Shown one piece after another: positions 12,400 through 24,999 of a DNA stretch of 56,751 nt (position 1 is its first letter; every line of letters begins with the position of its first letter). The DNA comes from Octopus bimaculoides (taxonomy: Eukaryota), in NCBI RefSeq assembly GCF_001194135.2, contig NC_068987.1, positions 90,910,246 to 90,966,996 of the forward strand. Direction: 5' to 3'. The position numbers and the translations under genes are program-made. Below the pieces are notes generated by a model. That model was not told where the DNA came from. It made no database searches and saw only the letters and a program-made list of their open reading frames with translations.

Positions 12400-13620
12400 A
12401 GCAAGGAGGATTGTAGATAAACCTAAGGCAAGAGTTCCAAGAGAGAAAGGAGATGAGATTTTCCCTAGATCAGGAAATGTATGCTGCTGCACGTCAAATG
12501 GAACCTCAAGACCGAAGTGAGGTGAGACTTTCCCAAGATCAGCAAACGCATGCTGCAGCACATTAGAAGAAGTCTCAATACAGAAAGGAGATGACACTGG
12601 CATGCGCTACTCCGTCGGTAAGGTAAGATTGCCAGCACTACCAGCTCCTCAACTTCTTATAGATCTTCTGGAAGGCACTTCCATCCAGTCAAAGAATTTT
12701 CTGAACAATATCAGGCAATACAACTCTGTATTTCAAATGACATCATTTGGTGCATCTAAGGAGATAGTTGAACATGGATTTACACTGAGGTTCAAAGACA
12801 AGCCTATCACCTCATTGCTTCCTTGTTACCCACAAATGAACAACTACATTTCCTCCAAATTTACTTTGTGAGTGATGTAGAACAACAAACCCAAAGGATG
12901 TATCAAAACTTCAGATGATGGTTGTGTTAGATGCAGCACCAACTGCCGCAAAGGAGAGTATATCCACTGACAGCTTTACGGTGCTTTCAAGAATCACATG
13001 CCTCCAATTTCCATGATGGTTTAGGACCTGGAATACTCCAGAGGCATGACATGTCGCTTAGTCAAATTTGCCCATCATTTACTCCACAAATGTTTTGTTC
13101 TCAATGCTGCACTTTCCCATATCACCTGTTTTAACATAACTATAATATATATATCATCATCATCGTTTAAAGTCCGCTTTCCATGCTAGCATGGGTTGGA
13201 TGATTTGACTGAGGACTGGTGAAACTGGATGGCTACACCAGGCTCCAATCTGATTTGGCAGAGTTTCTACAGCTGGATGCCCTTCCTAACGCCAACCACT
13301 CAGAGAATGTAGTGGGTGCTTTTACATGTCACCCGCACGAAGGCCAGTCAGGCGGTACTGGCAACGGCCACGCTCAAAATGGTGTATTTTATGTACCACC
13401 CGCACAGGAGCCAGTCCAGGGGCACTGGCAACGATCTCGCTCGAAAATCCTTACACATGTCTCGGGCACAAGTGCCAGAAAGGCGACACTGGGCACAGAT
13501 GCCATCCCGATTTCGCTTTCGCTTGCCCCAATAAGTCTTTGCAAGCTTATATATATATATATACAAACTATGCCATTTTAATCCTGAGCAACGCCAGGTA
13601 TCTCTTCTGAAAGCTACTCT
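12400..13620 (+). mobile_element. Decayed Helitron (Rep/helicase N-terminal region), interrupted by a family C element
   Basis: GKVRLPALPAPQLLIDLLEGTSIQSKNFLNNIRQYNSVFQMTSFGA resembles Helitron RepHel (NSAFQMTSFG motif). A possible degenerate 3' hairpin cctgagcaacgccagg lies at ~13583-13598. Confidence 0.75.
13153..13540 (-). mobile_element. RTE-type short retroposon / LINE 3' end (family C) with (GAT)n tail
   Basis: Reverse complement of ...gagtggttggcgttaggaagggcatccagctgtagaaactctgccaaatcag...catgctagcatggaaagcggac.ttaaacgatgatgat. Nearly identical to 31820-32193. Confidence 0.85.
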
Positions 13621-14749
13621 AATGCACATTTTGTTTTATGAAGGCCTTTCACTTGGATCTTGTTTGTTAAAATTGGTTGTATAGTAAGGTGGAATTTCTC
13701 CTGTGCTAGGAGTCCTGTTAACACCTTAAGGTCTTTGTAGGTGATGGTCTTGTTATCAGTATTATAAGATAAATTCTAAAAGCTACCAGCATTAATTTCA
13801 AATCTTGATCCTTATATTATTTCTTCAAAATTATTACATTTTGCAAACTGTAACTATTTCTCTTGTGGTCTTTATTATTATCATCATTTTAACATCCTCT
13901 TTTCTATGCTTGCATGGGTTGGACAGAATCTGCTGAAGTGGATTTTCTGCAGCTGGATGCCCTTCTTAATGCCAACCTTCATCTGTTTCCAAGTAAGGTA
14001 ATATTTCTTCATGGCCAGACATGTTTTCACAGAAGATTGGAAATGAAGAGCACCATTTGTATTACCATGACATTTGTTTACAACTATCACATGATGTCAA
14101 GGCAAGCTGTCAGTAACACACACAACTGGCTTCTTTGAAGAGATCTTAGCTAAAAGCCTCAGTGAAATGACCTGGGCATTAGAATACCTAAGGTGTCACA
14201 CAAGCAGGACTAAACTTGGAACCATTTTTTTGAGGAGCAAACTTGTCAGCACTCATCCACATCTTCCTTATTAGGCACAATTTTTTTTTTTGTATCATAA
14301 ACAGCTTTAGGTTTCTTTTAATCTCTTTTATTTGCTTGCATCATGTAATTTCTCCGGAATTCTTTAATGTACGTATGTTTATCTTATTGTGAAGTTCTTC
14401 TGGGATGGTTTGTCTTAGAAACAGAAATAACTCCCTGATCCACAGATTAAAGGAGTGAAGCTGCACTTGGTGGAATGACAACTTCATATTTGGAGTGAGT
14501 GGAGATTTGAAGAATAGCTAGGTGATGTGTCTTGGACTTGAAAATGTTTCTCACCATATTTCATGGTAGGACTGGAAAGTTTAATGACAAATTTACTAAC
14601 CAAATCTCATGCAACTCAAGCTGTTGTGTTTGATGTCTGTATAACAAGAAGTCAAGATATGAACACTCGTGTCTAACTTGGTGAAATGAAATAAATATCA
14701 GAGGAGAGGCTTTGCTCCACCCACAGATTGCTGGAGTTACCCATTGGTC

Positions 14750-15125
14750 TTACAATCTCCTCTAAGTCCATTGCAATGCTAGAAACCCTTTTGTATTGTC
14801 AGCAGGTATTTCATAGCCACTAGTGTTTCACCCCTTAGCCTGTATGCTTCATTTGAGTGGGTCAGCAAGGACTGAGCCAGTCTTCACCCACAGAAGAGTT
14901 CCACTTGTGGTCTCTCAGCAATCCTAGTCATCCGGAGCTGCTGTATCTATTTCCTTGTTGGGTTTCTTCAATTGTCTGGGTTCCAGACCTATCTTCAGCA
15001 AGGAATAGCATACTAAATCCTGATGGAAAGCCATGGCAGCTGACTTCAACGGGGAAATGTGGCTGTGCCAGCCCTTGGCAAGGGCCTCATTGATTAAGTC
15101 TTGATATTTTGATTTCTTTACCTGG
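14750..15125 (-). mobile_element. RLE-type (Hero/NeSL-like) non-LTR retrotransposon C-terminal remnant
   Basis: Frameshifted KKSKYQDLINEALAKGW...FPVEVSCHGF...LLWVK, resembling the KxxKYxxL / PVEVGCRGF restriction-like endonuclease end. Confidence 0.65.
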
Positions 15126-15599
15126 AATGGTAAATGAAGAATAGCTTAAGTTTCAAATCTCCAGTGATATTACTCCAAACAATAATGTGAAATGAATGGG
15201 TGTAAACATAGGTGTGTGGTTCAGAAACTTGCTTCCGACCTACTTGGTTCTGCGTTCAAACCCACTATAGAGCACCTTGGCTAGGTGTCTTTTACTATAG
15301 CCCTAGTTGACCAAAAATACAAAATCTGTCAAGATAGATTTGGTACTCTTTGAGTGCCACTGGCTCCCATAACTTGCAGAAATGGATTCCACCAGGATTG
15401 CCAAGCTCACTGAATGGATGTTATATCAATATTTAATTTTACTTCTATAACGGACTGGTTGGGTTTAAGAAAGCTTAAGACCAAGTAGGATTGGAAATAT
15501 TGGCAAAAATTTTTCTGCTTCTCCAATGAAGAAAATATGGGAAGGATTATACATTTTTCCATGCATCCATTTTCTCCACCCAATAATCCTGGGTGGGTT

Positions 15600-16060
15600 T
15601 GTCGTGGGTAGTCTTTAGACACCTTCTCCTCCTCCATAGAAGCAGCTGCCATTACATTTTCTGGCTTGATCCCCAAGCATGACCAACTGAGGCTGTAGGC
15701 ACTAACCAACCATATTGTTCTTGGTCTCTTATGTCTCCTGCCGATTGGCTTGGTTTGAAGAATTCGTTTTGTGATCATAATAATGGTGCTGTGAACTTTC
15801 AAATCGGAGAAGCAATGGTTCAATCTGGAGAGACTCTGACCCTCTGGACTACACACCCTTTTGAGCAACGCTACTCCAGAGACCTTCTGGAAGAATCTCA
15901 TTTTGGCTGCTTGTATTCCTGATTGTATTCTTGAGGTCATTATTCAAAATCCAGGGCCGTATGTGAGAATAAATACTAAGACCAAATTGAGGATTGCAAG
16001 TTTGGCCTTTTTGGTGCCATCCTCTCCTCTTCTGAGGATTGAGTGTTGGATCTTTATCAA
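15600..16060 (-). mobile_element. Decayed RTE-clade LINE RT C-terminus
   Basis: MTSRIQSGIQAAKMRFFQKVSGVALLKRV...QTKPIGRRHKRPRTIW. Confidence 0.75.
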
Positions 16061-16131
16061 CTCCATGTAAACCGAACCTATTCACTTCTCCTCATCCCAC
16101 CACCCATTGTCTCTCATCTCCCTATCTAGAC

Positions 16132-16231
16132 AAGTGGTTCCCTTCCTTTTCACAGTGGTTCCCAACCCTTTTATTTAAATGAGTTTTCCCATGGCCCCCT
16201 TTTGATATGCTTATCCTTATGTGTGTGTATG

Positions 16232-16262
<31 letters not shown>

Positions 16263-17498
16263 GGTGGCCCAAAAGTAGGTTTACAGTTATCACCTAGGCA
16301 CTTTAAATTTCTTTCAAAACATTTTATTACTATTAATTTTCTATCTTACAATTAACTAAATCAGCATAGAATGATGGTTTCACATATTTCTATAATTAAG
16401 AACTAAACTGTTAATATATGAATGCGGGCAAAGTTTAGAGAGCTCTTACCCCTGCTGGCGACAAAGGGACTCTCACTCAGAGTAAAAGGCAGACTGTATG
16501 ACGCATGCGTACGAACAACCATGCTACATGGCAGTGAAACATGGGCTGTAACTGCTGAGGACATACGTAAGCTCGCAAGGAATGAAACCAGTATGCTCCG
16601 TTGGATGTGTAATGTCAATGTGAATACCCGTCAGAGTGTAAGTATCTTGAGAGAAAAGCTGAACATTAGAAGCATCAGTTGTGGCGTGCAAGAGAGACGA
16701 TTGCGCTGGTATGGACATGTGGTGAGAATGGAGGAGGATAGCTGNNNNNNNNNNNNNNNNNNNNNNNNNNNNNNNNNNNNNNNNNNNNNNNNNNNNNNNN
16801 NNNNNNNNNNNNNNNNNNNNNNNNNNNNNNNNNNNNNNNNNNNNNNNNNNNNNNNNNNNNNNNNNNNNNNNNNNNNNNNNNNNNNNNNNNNNNNNNNNNN
16901 NNNNNNNNNNNNNNNNNNNNNNNNNNNNNNNNNNNNNNNNNNNNNNNNNNNNNNNNNNNNNNNNNNNNNNNNNNNNNNNNNNNNNNNNNNNNNNNNNNNN
17001 NNNNNNNNNNNNNNNNNNNNNNNNNNNNNNNNNNNNNNNNNNNNNNNNNNNNNNNNNNNNNNNNNNNNNNNNNNNNNNNNNNNNNNNNNNNNNNNNNNNN
17101 NNNNNNNNNNNNNNNNNNNNNNNNNNNNNNNNNNNNNNNNNNNNNNNNNNNNNNNNNNNNNNNNNNNNNNNNNNNNNNNNNNNNNNNNNNNNNNNNNNNN
17201 NNNNNNNNNNNNNNNNNNNNNNNNNNNNNNNNNNNNNNNNNNNNNNNNNNNNNNNNNNNNNNNNNNNNNNNNNNNNNNNNNNNNNNNNNNNNNNNNNNNN
17301 NNNNNNNNNNNNNNNNNNNNNNNNNNNNNNNNNNNNNNNNNNNNNNNNNNNNNNNNNNNNNNNNNNNNNNNNNNNNNNNNNNNNNNNNNNNNNNNNNNNN
17401 NNNNNNNNNNNNNNNNNNNNNNNNNNNNNNNNNNNNNNNNNNNNNNNNNNNNNNNNNNNNNNNNNNNNNNNNNNNNNNNNNNNNNNNNNNNNNNNNNN

Positions 17499-17538
<40 letters not shown>

Positions 17539-17595
17539 TTTAAATTTAGTTCATGGACCACCAGGGGTCCACGAGCCCCAGGTTGGGAACCACTA
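16132..17595. mobile_element. hAT-family MITE with perfect 8-bp TSD, carrying nested insertions
   Basis: TIRs (c/a)agtggttccc(aacc) at 16132/16153 and ggttgggaaccacta at 17581-17595. TSD ATCTAGAC at 16124-16131 and 17596-17603. Confidence 0.8.
16420..16744 (+). mobile_element. RTE-clade LINE RT C-terminal fragment (young, open frame, runs into a gap)
   Basis: AKFRELLPLLATKGLSLRVKGRLYDACVRTTMLHGSETW...RRLRWYGHVVRMEEDS. Confidence 0.9.
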
Positions 17596-17981
17596 ATCTA
17601 GACTAACCTCTATACCTAATCCTTTCTTCCAAGAATCTCAAACCACCGGAATTTTCTGCAGTCTAATGACAGAAACACGTGAAAGATAGACACACCAAAT
17701 TGATATTTAAGTCGTTACCTTTACGTTCTGAGTTCAAATTCCATTGAGGTCAACTTTGCCTACCAGGGTTGATAAAATAAGAACCACTAGCTGACTATTA
17801 GAAGTAGAGGCTGTCATGTAATGGTAGAAGTGGCAGTGAGAAGACAGCGTTATCCTCTTATGAGGATATCTGAGCAATGATAATAGATTTGAGCCCTCGT
17901 TTGTCCTGTGGAAGGGATACTAATCCCAAAATAATCCGAGATAAAATATTTTGATCTCACATAATTTTGTAATACTTCTGT

Positions 17982-18385
17982 AGGGGCAGGCAGGGCTGGA
18001 TGGTTAAGAAGCTTGCTTTCCAACTATGTGGTCTTGGGTTCAGTCCTACTGTGTGGCACCTTAAATAAGTGTCTCCTACTATAGCCCTGCATGACAAAAG
18101 CCTTGTGAGTGGATTTGGTTGATGAAACTGAAAGAAGCCTGTCGTGTGTGTGTGCGTGTATACTGTTGCCTTGATATCGTGATGGTTGTAAATGAGCAGC
18201 ATCATTATGGTTTCAAATTTTGGCACAAGGCTAGCAATTTTGTGGGAGCGGGGAAGCCAAGTACATCGACCCCCTGTGCTCAGCTGGTACTTATCTTATG
18301 AATCCCTGTGGAATTTGAACTTAACGTAGATGAAACACCACTGAGAATTTTGTCCAGGTAACAATTCTGCCATCTTGCCACCTCA
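17982..18385. mobile_element. Family A SINE head (+) abutting a decayed family B SINE (-)
   Basis: ggttcagtcctactgtgtggcacc...agccttgtgagtggatttgg, followed by catcgacccc...ctggtacttat...ggaatttgaac. Confidence 0.7.
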
Positions 18386-20356
18386 ATGAATTCCATCCTT
18401 ATCATATAAGCAAGGTTGTTTCCAGTCTTCTTCAAAATCATGTCTGGCTATGGGGATTTTATTACCTTGCTTGGAATCAGTAGGGGTTGATGACAAGAAG
18501 GGCATCCAGCCATAGAAAATCTGCCTCAATGAATTCTGTTTGAGCCATGAAGGTAAAAAGATGATATATATACATTAAACATTGGGGAAATGGTGACAAA
18601 ATTGCAAAAATGTTAGAAGCCCTTGTCTTAGAATCAAATATTTTCACAGGTCTCAGATAACTTTACCAAAGGCAAGTATCCTCTCCCAGCTGTATTCCTC
18701 ACTCTAGTCTTACTTGCCACTCACACTTACTCCTTTTAGCCAGTTTGCTGATGGGGGCACCATCTCTCTCCACTCTCACTTTTCTTTCCAAAGGAAATCT
18801 TAATGTGATGGGGGAGCGGCTTGGCTTTAGAGAAAACTGTCTTCAGTTTGTTCAGTCTTACCCACTAGACAAACTCTTTTGCTCTTGTCAACTAATGAAA
18901 GGAAAATGCCAGGCCATCCTGGAGCTGGACAATCATGTAACATTTATTATTGGTGAAAGATTTTTTTTCTCCATAATCTGTGTTAACAAACCTATTCAGT
19001 TGATGGGTGGAATCAACTCCAATATATACTTTAAACTTAATTAATAAACCCCACATATGAAGAATAAATGCCAGGCATTGCAACCCATCCTGTGGGCGAT
19101 TGTTCTGTGTCAGTGTGTTTACTAATTTGTGGGCATGTGTTGAAACGATGCTGTTGCATGTAGGATGGACAAATCTAGTTATCAGCTGAGCCGCATTCTT
19201 TTGGCAGAGGCATACAACTAATCTTTTGTATGGTGGTCATAGCAACAAAACTGGTCTGGTTGATTTATTTGAATGCTTTCAAGGTAAGTATCTTCCTCTT
19301 TGGCCAAACCCTCATCAACTTTGTCTTGTACCACCTGAAGAGGAAGGTGAGAATAGAGTTGGTGCCTTGTGATGTGTTTAATGAAGGGAAGAGTGAGAGT
19401 TGCAAAGGCCCTTCATGTAGGGCTTCCCTTGAATTTTCCAAATTGGGGGAACTATTTGTGTTAAAATTCTTTTCTTTTTCTGTTGGTTTCTTTTCACTCA
19501 ATATAAACCTCATTTTTGTGCTCTTGTATTGTCTGTAATNNNNNNNNNNNNNNNNNNNNNNNNNNNNNNNNNNNNNNNNNNNNNNNNNNNNNNNNNNNNN
19601 NNNNNNNNNNNNNNNNNNNNNNNNNNNNNNNNNNNNNNNNNNNNNNNNNNNNNNNNNNNNNNNNNNNNNNNNNNNNNNNNNNNNNNNNNNNNNNNNNNNN
19701 NNNNNNNNNNNNNNNNNNNNNNNNNNNNNNNNNNNNNNNNNNNNNNNNNNNNNNNNNNNNNNNNNNNNNNNATTTTTTTTTATACACCAAAAACTTAGTT
19801 TCATTTCTGTTTTCTCAATTTTACTTTTTTTTTTAAAAAAAGATATGTTCATGTGTGTGTGTGTGTGTGTGCGTGCATGCATGTGTCCTTTGTGTGTGTG
19901 TGTGTGTCTGAATGAGGGTGACCCTTGTCCGTCCAAATTTCTATATTTTGGTATATAAAAAAAAATCATATGTCATTTCTTTTATGTTTTCCAAATAAAT
20001 GTAAACCTGTCTGTTTGTTAGAAACTTGCATTTTAGGACCCAAGAACATGCACACACACACATACACACAAACTTACATATACATCTCTACATATGCAAA
20101 CGTGTGTGTGTTTATATTCAATGATATGTTGTAAATACCACAAGATATCTAACTGGAACATTTATCCGAAGAATATTTACTAGTTGGGGACTCTTGGAGT
20201 AACAATAAATTCATGACACTGCGTTCTTTACCCTAATCCATTAATCCACCTTATTACATCGCTATTGTATATCCTCACCGTTCTTTCAACAAACTAATAT
20301 ATACCATTACTATTACTGTATTGCAATGTCTGTGAACAGTTGTGTATATGTATATT

Positions 20357-20407
<51 letters not shown>

Positions 20408-21589
20408 TGATGGATGCAGGAACGGTGAGATGATTAAGCAGTTTGCTTTGTAATCAGGATTTCTCAGGTTTGATCCTGTGGCATGGCACCTCAGACAAGT
20501 GTCTTCTACCATAACCTTCATTTTGACCCAAACCATATTTCTATGCAGAAACTGTGTAGAATCCCATCACATTGCACTGCCATTCAAAGGGCCAAACGTG
20601 TTGTCATAGTGGAGATTAAATTTATGGTGTATCTGTCTGTGGAATATTCAACCATGTAAACTATAATTCTGTTAGTTGAAATAGAATACTCATTGACAGA
20701 ATTTCATCATCATTTAATGTCCACTGTTCCATGCTTGCATGGGTCAGACACAATTTGTTGAGTCTGATTCTTTATAGTTAGATGCTCTTACTGTCCCCAA
20801 CCCTCACCTGTTTCCAAGCGAAGGAATATTTTTCCCTGGCCAAACATGGTTTTCACAGAAGACTGTCAATAAACAGCTTCACTTGGATGATGATGATGAT
20901 GATGATGCTCATTCACAAGCCTCTCGTTATGTCCAGACATACATCCATATACGATGGACTTCTTTCACTTTCCATCTACCAAAGCCACTCACAAGGCTTT
21001 GGTTGGTCTAGGGCTATAATGGAAGACACTTGTTCAATGTGCCATGCGGTGGGAGTGAACCAGACACCAAATGGCCAGGAAGCAAACTTGTAGTACATCA
21101 CGATAGATTCCAGTCATGCTTTTGGTCCTCGTTGAGGAATATTGGTCTGCGTTGTTTTGTGTTTGGGCTTTTAACATTTTTATCATAAAAGCAATAACTA
21201 AACTTATCATTTTATCCATGGTTTGAATCCTTTTGTGAATATATTACTCACTCTTTATCAGTGTATATATTACATGTAACTAAAGTATTTTTAATAACCT
21301 TTTTTTTAAAAGCAATTTTATTAAAATTCCAGCAAAACCAACTCAGACATTGTACAAAAAAAACAAAAAAACCCAGCCAGTTGATGCTGGAAGTGGGGGT
21401 GGCGGAAATAGGGGTGGGGCGAGGGTTATATGTTATGCTAATGTGAATTCTATTTTAAAGTAAATTGATATATCTAGAACAAGACATCCGTTTCTGTCCT
21501 ACTTTAACCTTTCATCACCAAGCACAAAACCACCTCCCCCCAATACTACTCTCCAGCTCAATCGAAGGGTCTTATCTTGATGATTTCAC

Positions 21590-21764
21590 TGGTGCTGATG
21601 CCTTGTAAAAAGCACCCAGTGGTTGGCATTAGGAAGGACATCAAGCCATAGAAACCATGACAAAGCAGACATTGGAGCTTGGTGCAGTCCGCTGGCTTGC
21701 CAGCTTCTGTTGTAACATCCAACCCATGCCAGCATGGAAAACAGACATTAAATAATGATCATAT

Positions 21765-21799
<35 letters not shown>

Positions 21800-21962
21800 T
21801 CTCTGAGTGGTTGGCGTTAGGAAGGGCATCCAGCTGTAGAAACTCTGCCAAATCAGACTGGAGCCTGGTGTTGCCATCCGGTTTCACCAGTCCTCAGTCA
21901 AATCGTCCAACCCATGCTAGCATGGAAAGCGGACGTTAAACGATGATGATGATGATGATGAT
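21590..21962 (+). mobile_element. Two family C RTE-type 3' ends (old 21590-21765; young 21800-21962)
   Basis: Both end in catg...gac.ttaaa.(gat)n. Confidence 0.8.
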
Positions 21963-22329
21963 ATATGGGTGAACTGGAGTTTTTTTTGCTAATGCTGTCA
22001 TGGGGCAATGTTACTCATCATTGTTTAACATCCGCTAGCATGATTGTAATAATATAACACTTGATTGAAATACTTATCCAGAGAAATAACTTTCATTTAT
22101 TTTAGTTAGTTTCTGGTTGGTTTATCTTTGCTTCTATCCACCGTTTTGAAGATCGAATCTAGACTGATGCAACACTGTCCCTCATAACATGGTCATCATG
22201 ATGTTGTGAATAGGAGAGATGATAATGGCAGGAGGAGATTAAAAAGGCAGCATTAATGGGTAAGAAAACCAAATGTAAATACACCCATCCTAGTCTCCAT
22301 CATTTCCACCATTTTAACATTCACTTCGC

Positions 22330-22830
22330 TTTCCTTACGGACATGGATGGGTCTTCAGTATTGTATGTTTCCAAACATTGCTTTCCTTTACTGTCTTCAT
22401 GAGGCTCAGCATCTTGAGATCTCTCTTCAGTCCTTAGTTCCATGTCTTCTAAAGTCTTTCTCTTTCAGAAGTTCCATCTACTTTGAGTGCCATGCACTTT
22501 GTTATCCAGCAGTCATCTTACATTTGCATCATTTATCAACATCACCACATTCTTTGCATAACTACATCCTTCTCTTTTTCGTTTCCTTTCATTTTTTACT
22601 CCATTCTTTGGTTAACATTACACACCCAGTGGAACTTACTCACATCATTTCTTTCTAACTTTGCACATCCAGCTCTTTTCCAATCAGGACATATCTTGCT
22701 GCTATGCAGAATCATACTTTGTACCCAAGTATCATAAAATCTGTCCTTCACTCCAAGGGAGAAATCCTTTGTTGCTAGCAAAAGTACGAGATCCTTGAAC
22801 TTTTTCCAATCCATTCTTTCTCTGGCTTCT
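22330..22830 (-). mobile_element. Decayed RTE LINE, same family as 16420-16744
   Basis: WKKFKDLVLLLATKDFSLGVKDRFYDTWVQSMILHSSK...WVCNVN. Confidence 0.75.
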
Positions 22831-22931
22831 ATGCTTTCTTTTTTCTACAACATTTAAAGCAATAACAATTTGACATCAGACATGAAGTCACAAAAGGCAG
22901 AAAAATATCCTTGGTGCTACAATTAGTGATG

Positions 22932-23021
22932 CTCTTGGTGTTGTAGCTGTCTTTGCTGCTGTTTGCCTGTTTCTGTTTTTCCAGTCCTTAAGGGTTGAGA
23001 GTTCTCAAGTGGATCTTACTG

Positions 23022-23072
<51 letters not shown>

Positions 23073-24066
23073 TCTCTAACTCTGTACTATGAGTCTAATT
23101 GGTTTTCTTTCTGCATCTGCTGTGGGATACAACTATAATTTTGTGGTCTTCAGGGGCCAACAGGACTTAACTGTGCATGCAGACTCCTCCCGGCCACATA
23201 TTGTTTTGTGTTTACTTGTGTTTACCACCTGCCCATGCACTGCCATAAAAGGTGACAATGAACCAAATGTCCACATTGCTATCAATGTGACTGGCTGCCA
23301 CCTTCCATTGCCACATAAATTGTGGCACCAGCCTGTAGACACAGGTGAATGGTACACTAACGCCACCTGTCATCTCACATCATCTTTGATCTTGATGTCA
23401 ATCTCTAAGATTTCTTACCCCACTTGATGGAAACTCCATTGTTACAACAGCTCTCCTCCATCTGTTCTTTTTAGGGCTCATGGGGGCTGGGCGGGGGGAC
23501 AACACATCTCCATTTTTGGCAAGATATCTGTTGTTCTCTTTGCTGCTTCCTTTATGTATTCCAAAGGAGGCATGGTCCCTTGCAACGTACCTCTCTCATT
23601 TTTTTCCTTTTCTGGGAGCCATTCTATATTGAGCTCTTCTTTCTGGCCAGCAATGCTTGTTCCTATGACAATGTTATAAGAAATAGTTCTTTTTTTCATT
23701 TATGTGAATGCTTACTTTGTATATTTGTCCAGTTACATTAATTTTTGGTTTTCCGTTTCTATTTTAAAATTTTGTTTAATATGTGGACATTTTTGAAATT
23801 ACTCCCAGCTGTTTTAACTCCTGTTTTTCAATTAATCCAACCCACAAACATATAGTCATCTTTTAAAACTATTTCATCTGTATTTTTAGTTAGATTTATT
23901 CATTCAATCTGCTTCAACCGTCGCATATCATGCCTTGATACTGTATGGACTGAGATTCCTGTTGACAGGCCCCGCGCCCCCTCTTGATTTTGTAGCTGTC
24001 TTTGCTGCTGTTTGCCTGTTTCTTTCTTTCTGTTTTTCCAGTTCTTAAGGGTTGAGAGTGTTCAAA
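22932..24066. repeat. Direct repeat pair (~77-86 bp) about 1.05 kb apart
   Basis: ctcttg...ttgtagctgtctttgctgctgtttgcctgtttc...tgtttttccagt.cttaagggttgagag at 22932-23008 and 23981-24066. Confidence 0.85.
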
Positions 24067-24289
24067 TGTGAATACTTATGCAATTTAGTGGCCCTACTTT
24101 TTTTTCTAGCTTTTTGAGTCTATAATCAGATTGGTTGCTTGTTTCTCAGGGATTGGTCCAATTCATGTAGATGCTTCTCGTGAGAACCCAGTAACGTTTG
24201 AAAAACAAATAAGATTGTTCATAATGTTTTTCAATGTACAGAGAAACAGTTAAATTAGTCCAGTTTATATATCTACAATACAGGTTATG

Positions 24290-24625
24290 TAATATTATGC
24301 GTTCTATATTTAAGAGATGAGGAATTATGTACATTTGATGGATATTTGTCCTCATCTTGCTTGTTCTTAACACAACGTTTCGGCTCATATACCATCCAGC
24401 CTTCAACAGGTGTCTTGGGGGAAATTTCGAACCTGGGTTCTCATTCCTAAGGTATTTTTTGATGAATAATAATAGTAATAATATCAAAAAATACCTTAGG
24501 AATGAGAACCCAGGTTCGGAAATTTCTCCAAGACACCTGATGAAGGCTGGAGGATACATCAGCTGAAATTTAGTGTTAACAAACAAGTTGAGGACAAATA
24601 CCCGTCAAATGTAAATAACGTAATA
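24290..24625. repeat. Palindromic (tail-to-tail inverted) Penelope-type repeat
   Basis: Arms 24331-24463 and 24483-24612 are reverse complements around an (AAT)-rich spacer. A third single copy lies at 31280-31447. Confidence 0.85.
24532..24577 (+). ncRNA. Degenerate minimal type I hammerhead ribozyme motif (Penelope-type)
   Basis: GACAC-CTGATGA-A-GGCTG...CAGCT-GAAA(TTTA)-GTGTT: core, stem II and stem I are recognisable, stem III is mutated. Sister copies at 24369-24414 (-) and 31337-31382 (+). Confidence 0.45.
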
Positions 24626-24999
24626 TTATGCATGTCGCCTGATTGACTGCACATGGCAGGAAACTCTGAGTAGCAATGAGGTCACCCACCAATGCTAATG
24701 ATTACCTCTGTTGATACTCACTTTTTCACATTCTTCAGGCAACAAAATAAGATGAATCCAAATGTGTCTGTGTGTGTGTGTGTGTGTATTCAAGCTCACA
24801 TTTTCTCTTTGAGTTGGAATTGAACTTACAACTTCTTTCCTTTCCTTGTTAATATCTCATTTTCCCTGCTTTTGCTAACATGAAGAGTGTTACAATATGG
24901 CTGAGGATCTCACATATGTCATGTACTGAGTTGAAAAAGATTTTGATACTTTTGAAAAGTATCCATGCAATGAGTAGATAAAAACTCACTCTAGGGTGT

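Noticed and set aside
13219-13610. Near-identical ORFs at 13219-13581 (+) and 31799-32113 (-), MK.DGYTRLQSDLAEF...
   Set aside because: Antisense translations of two copies of the family C retroposon, not duplicated genes.
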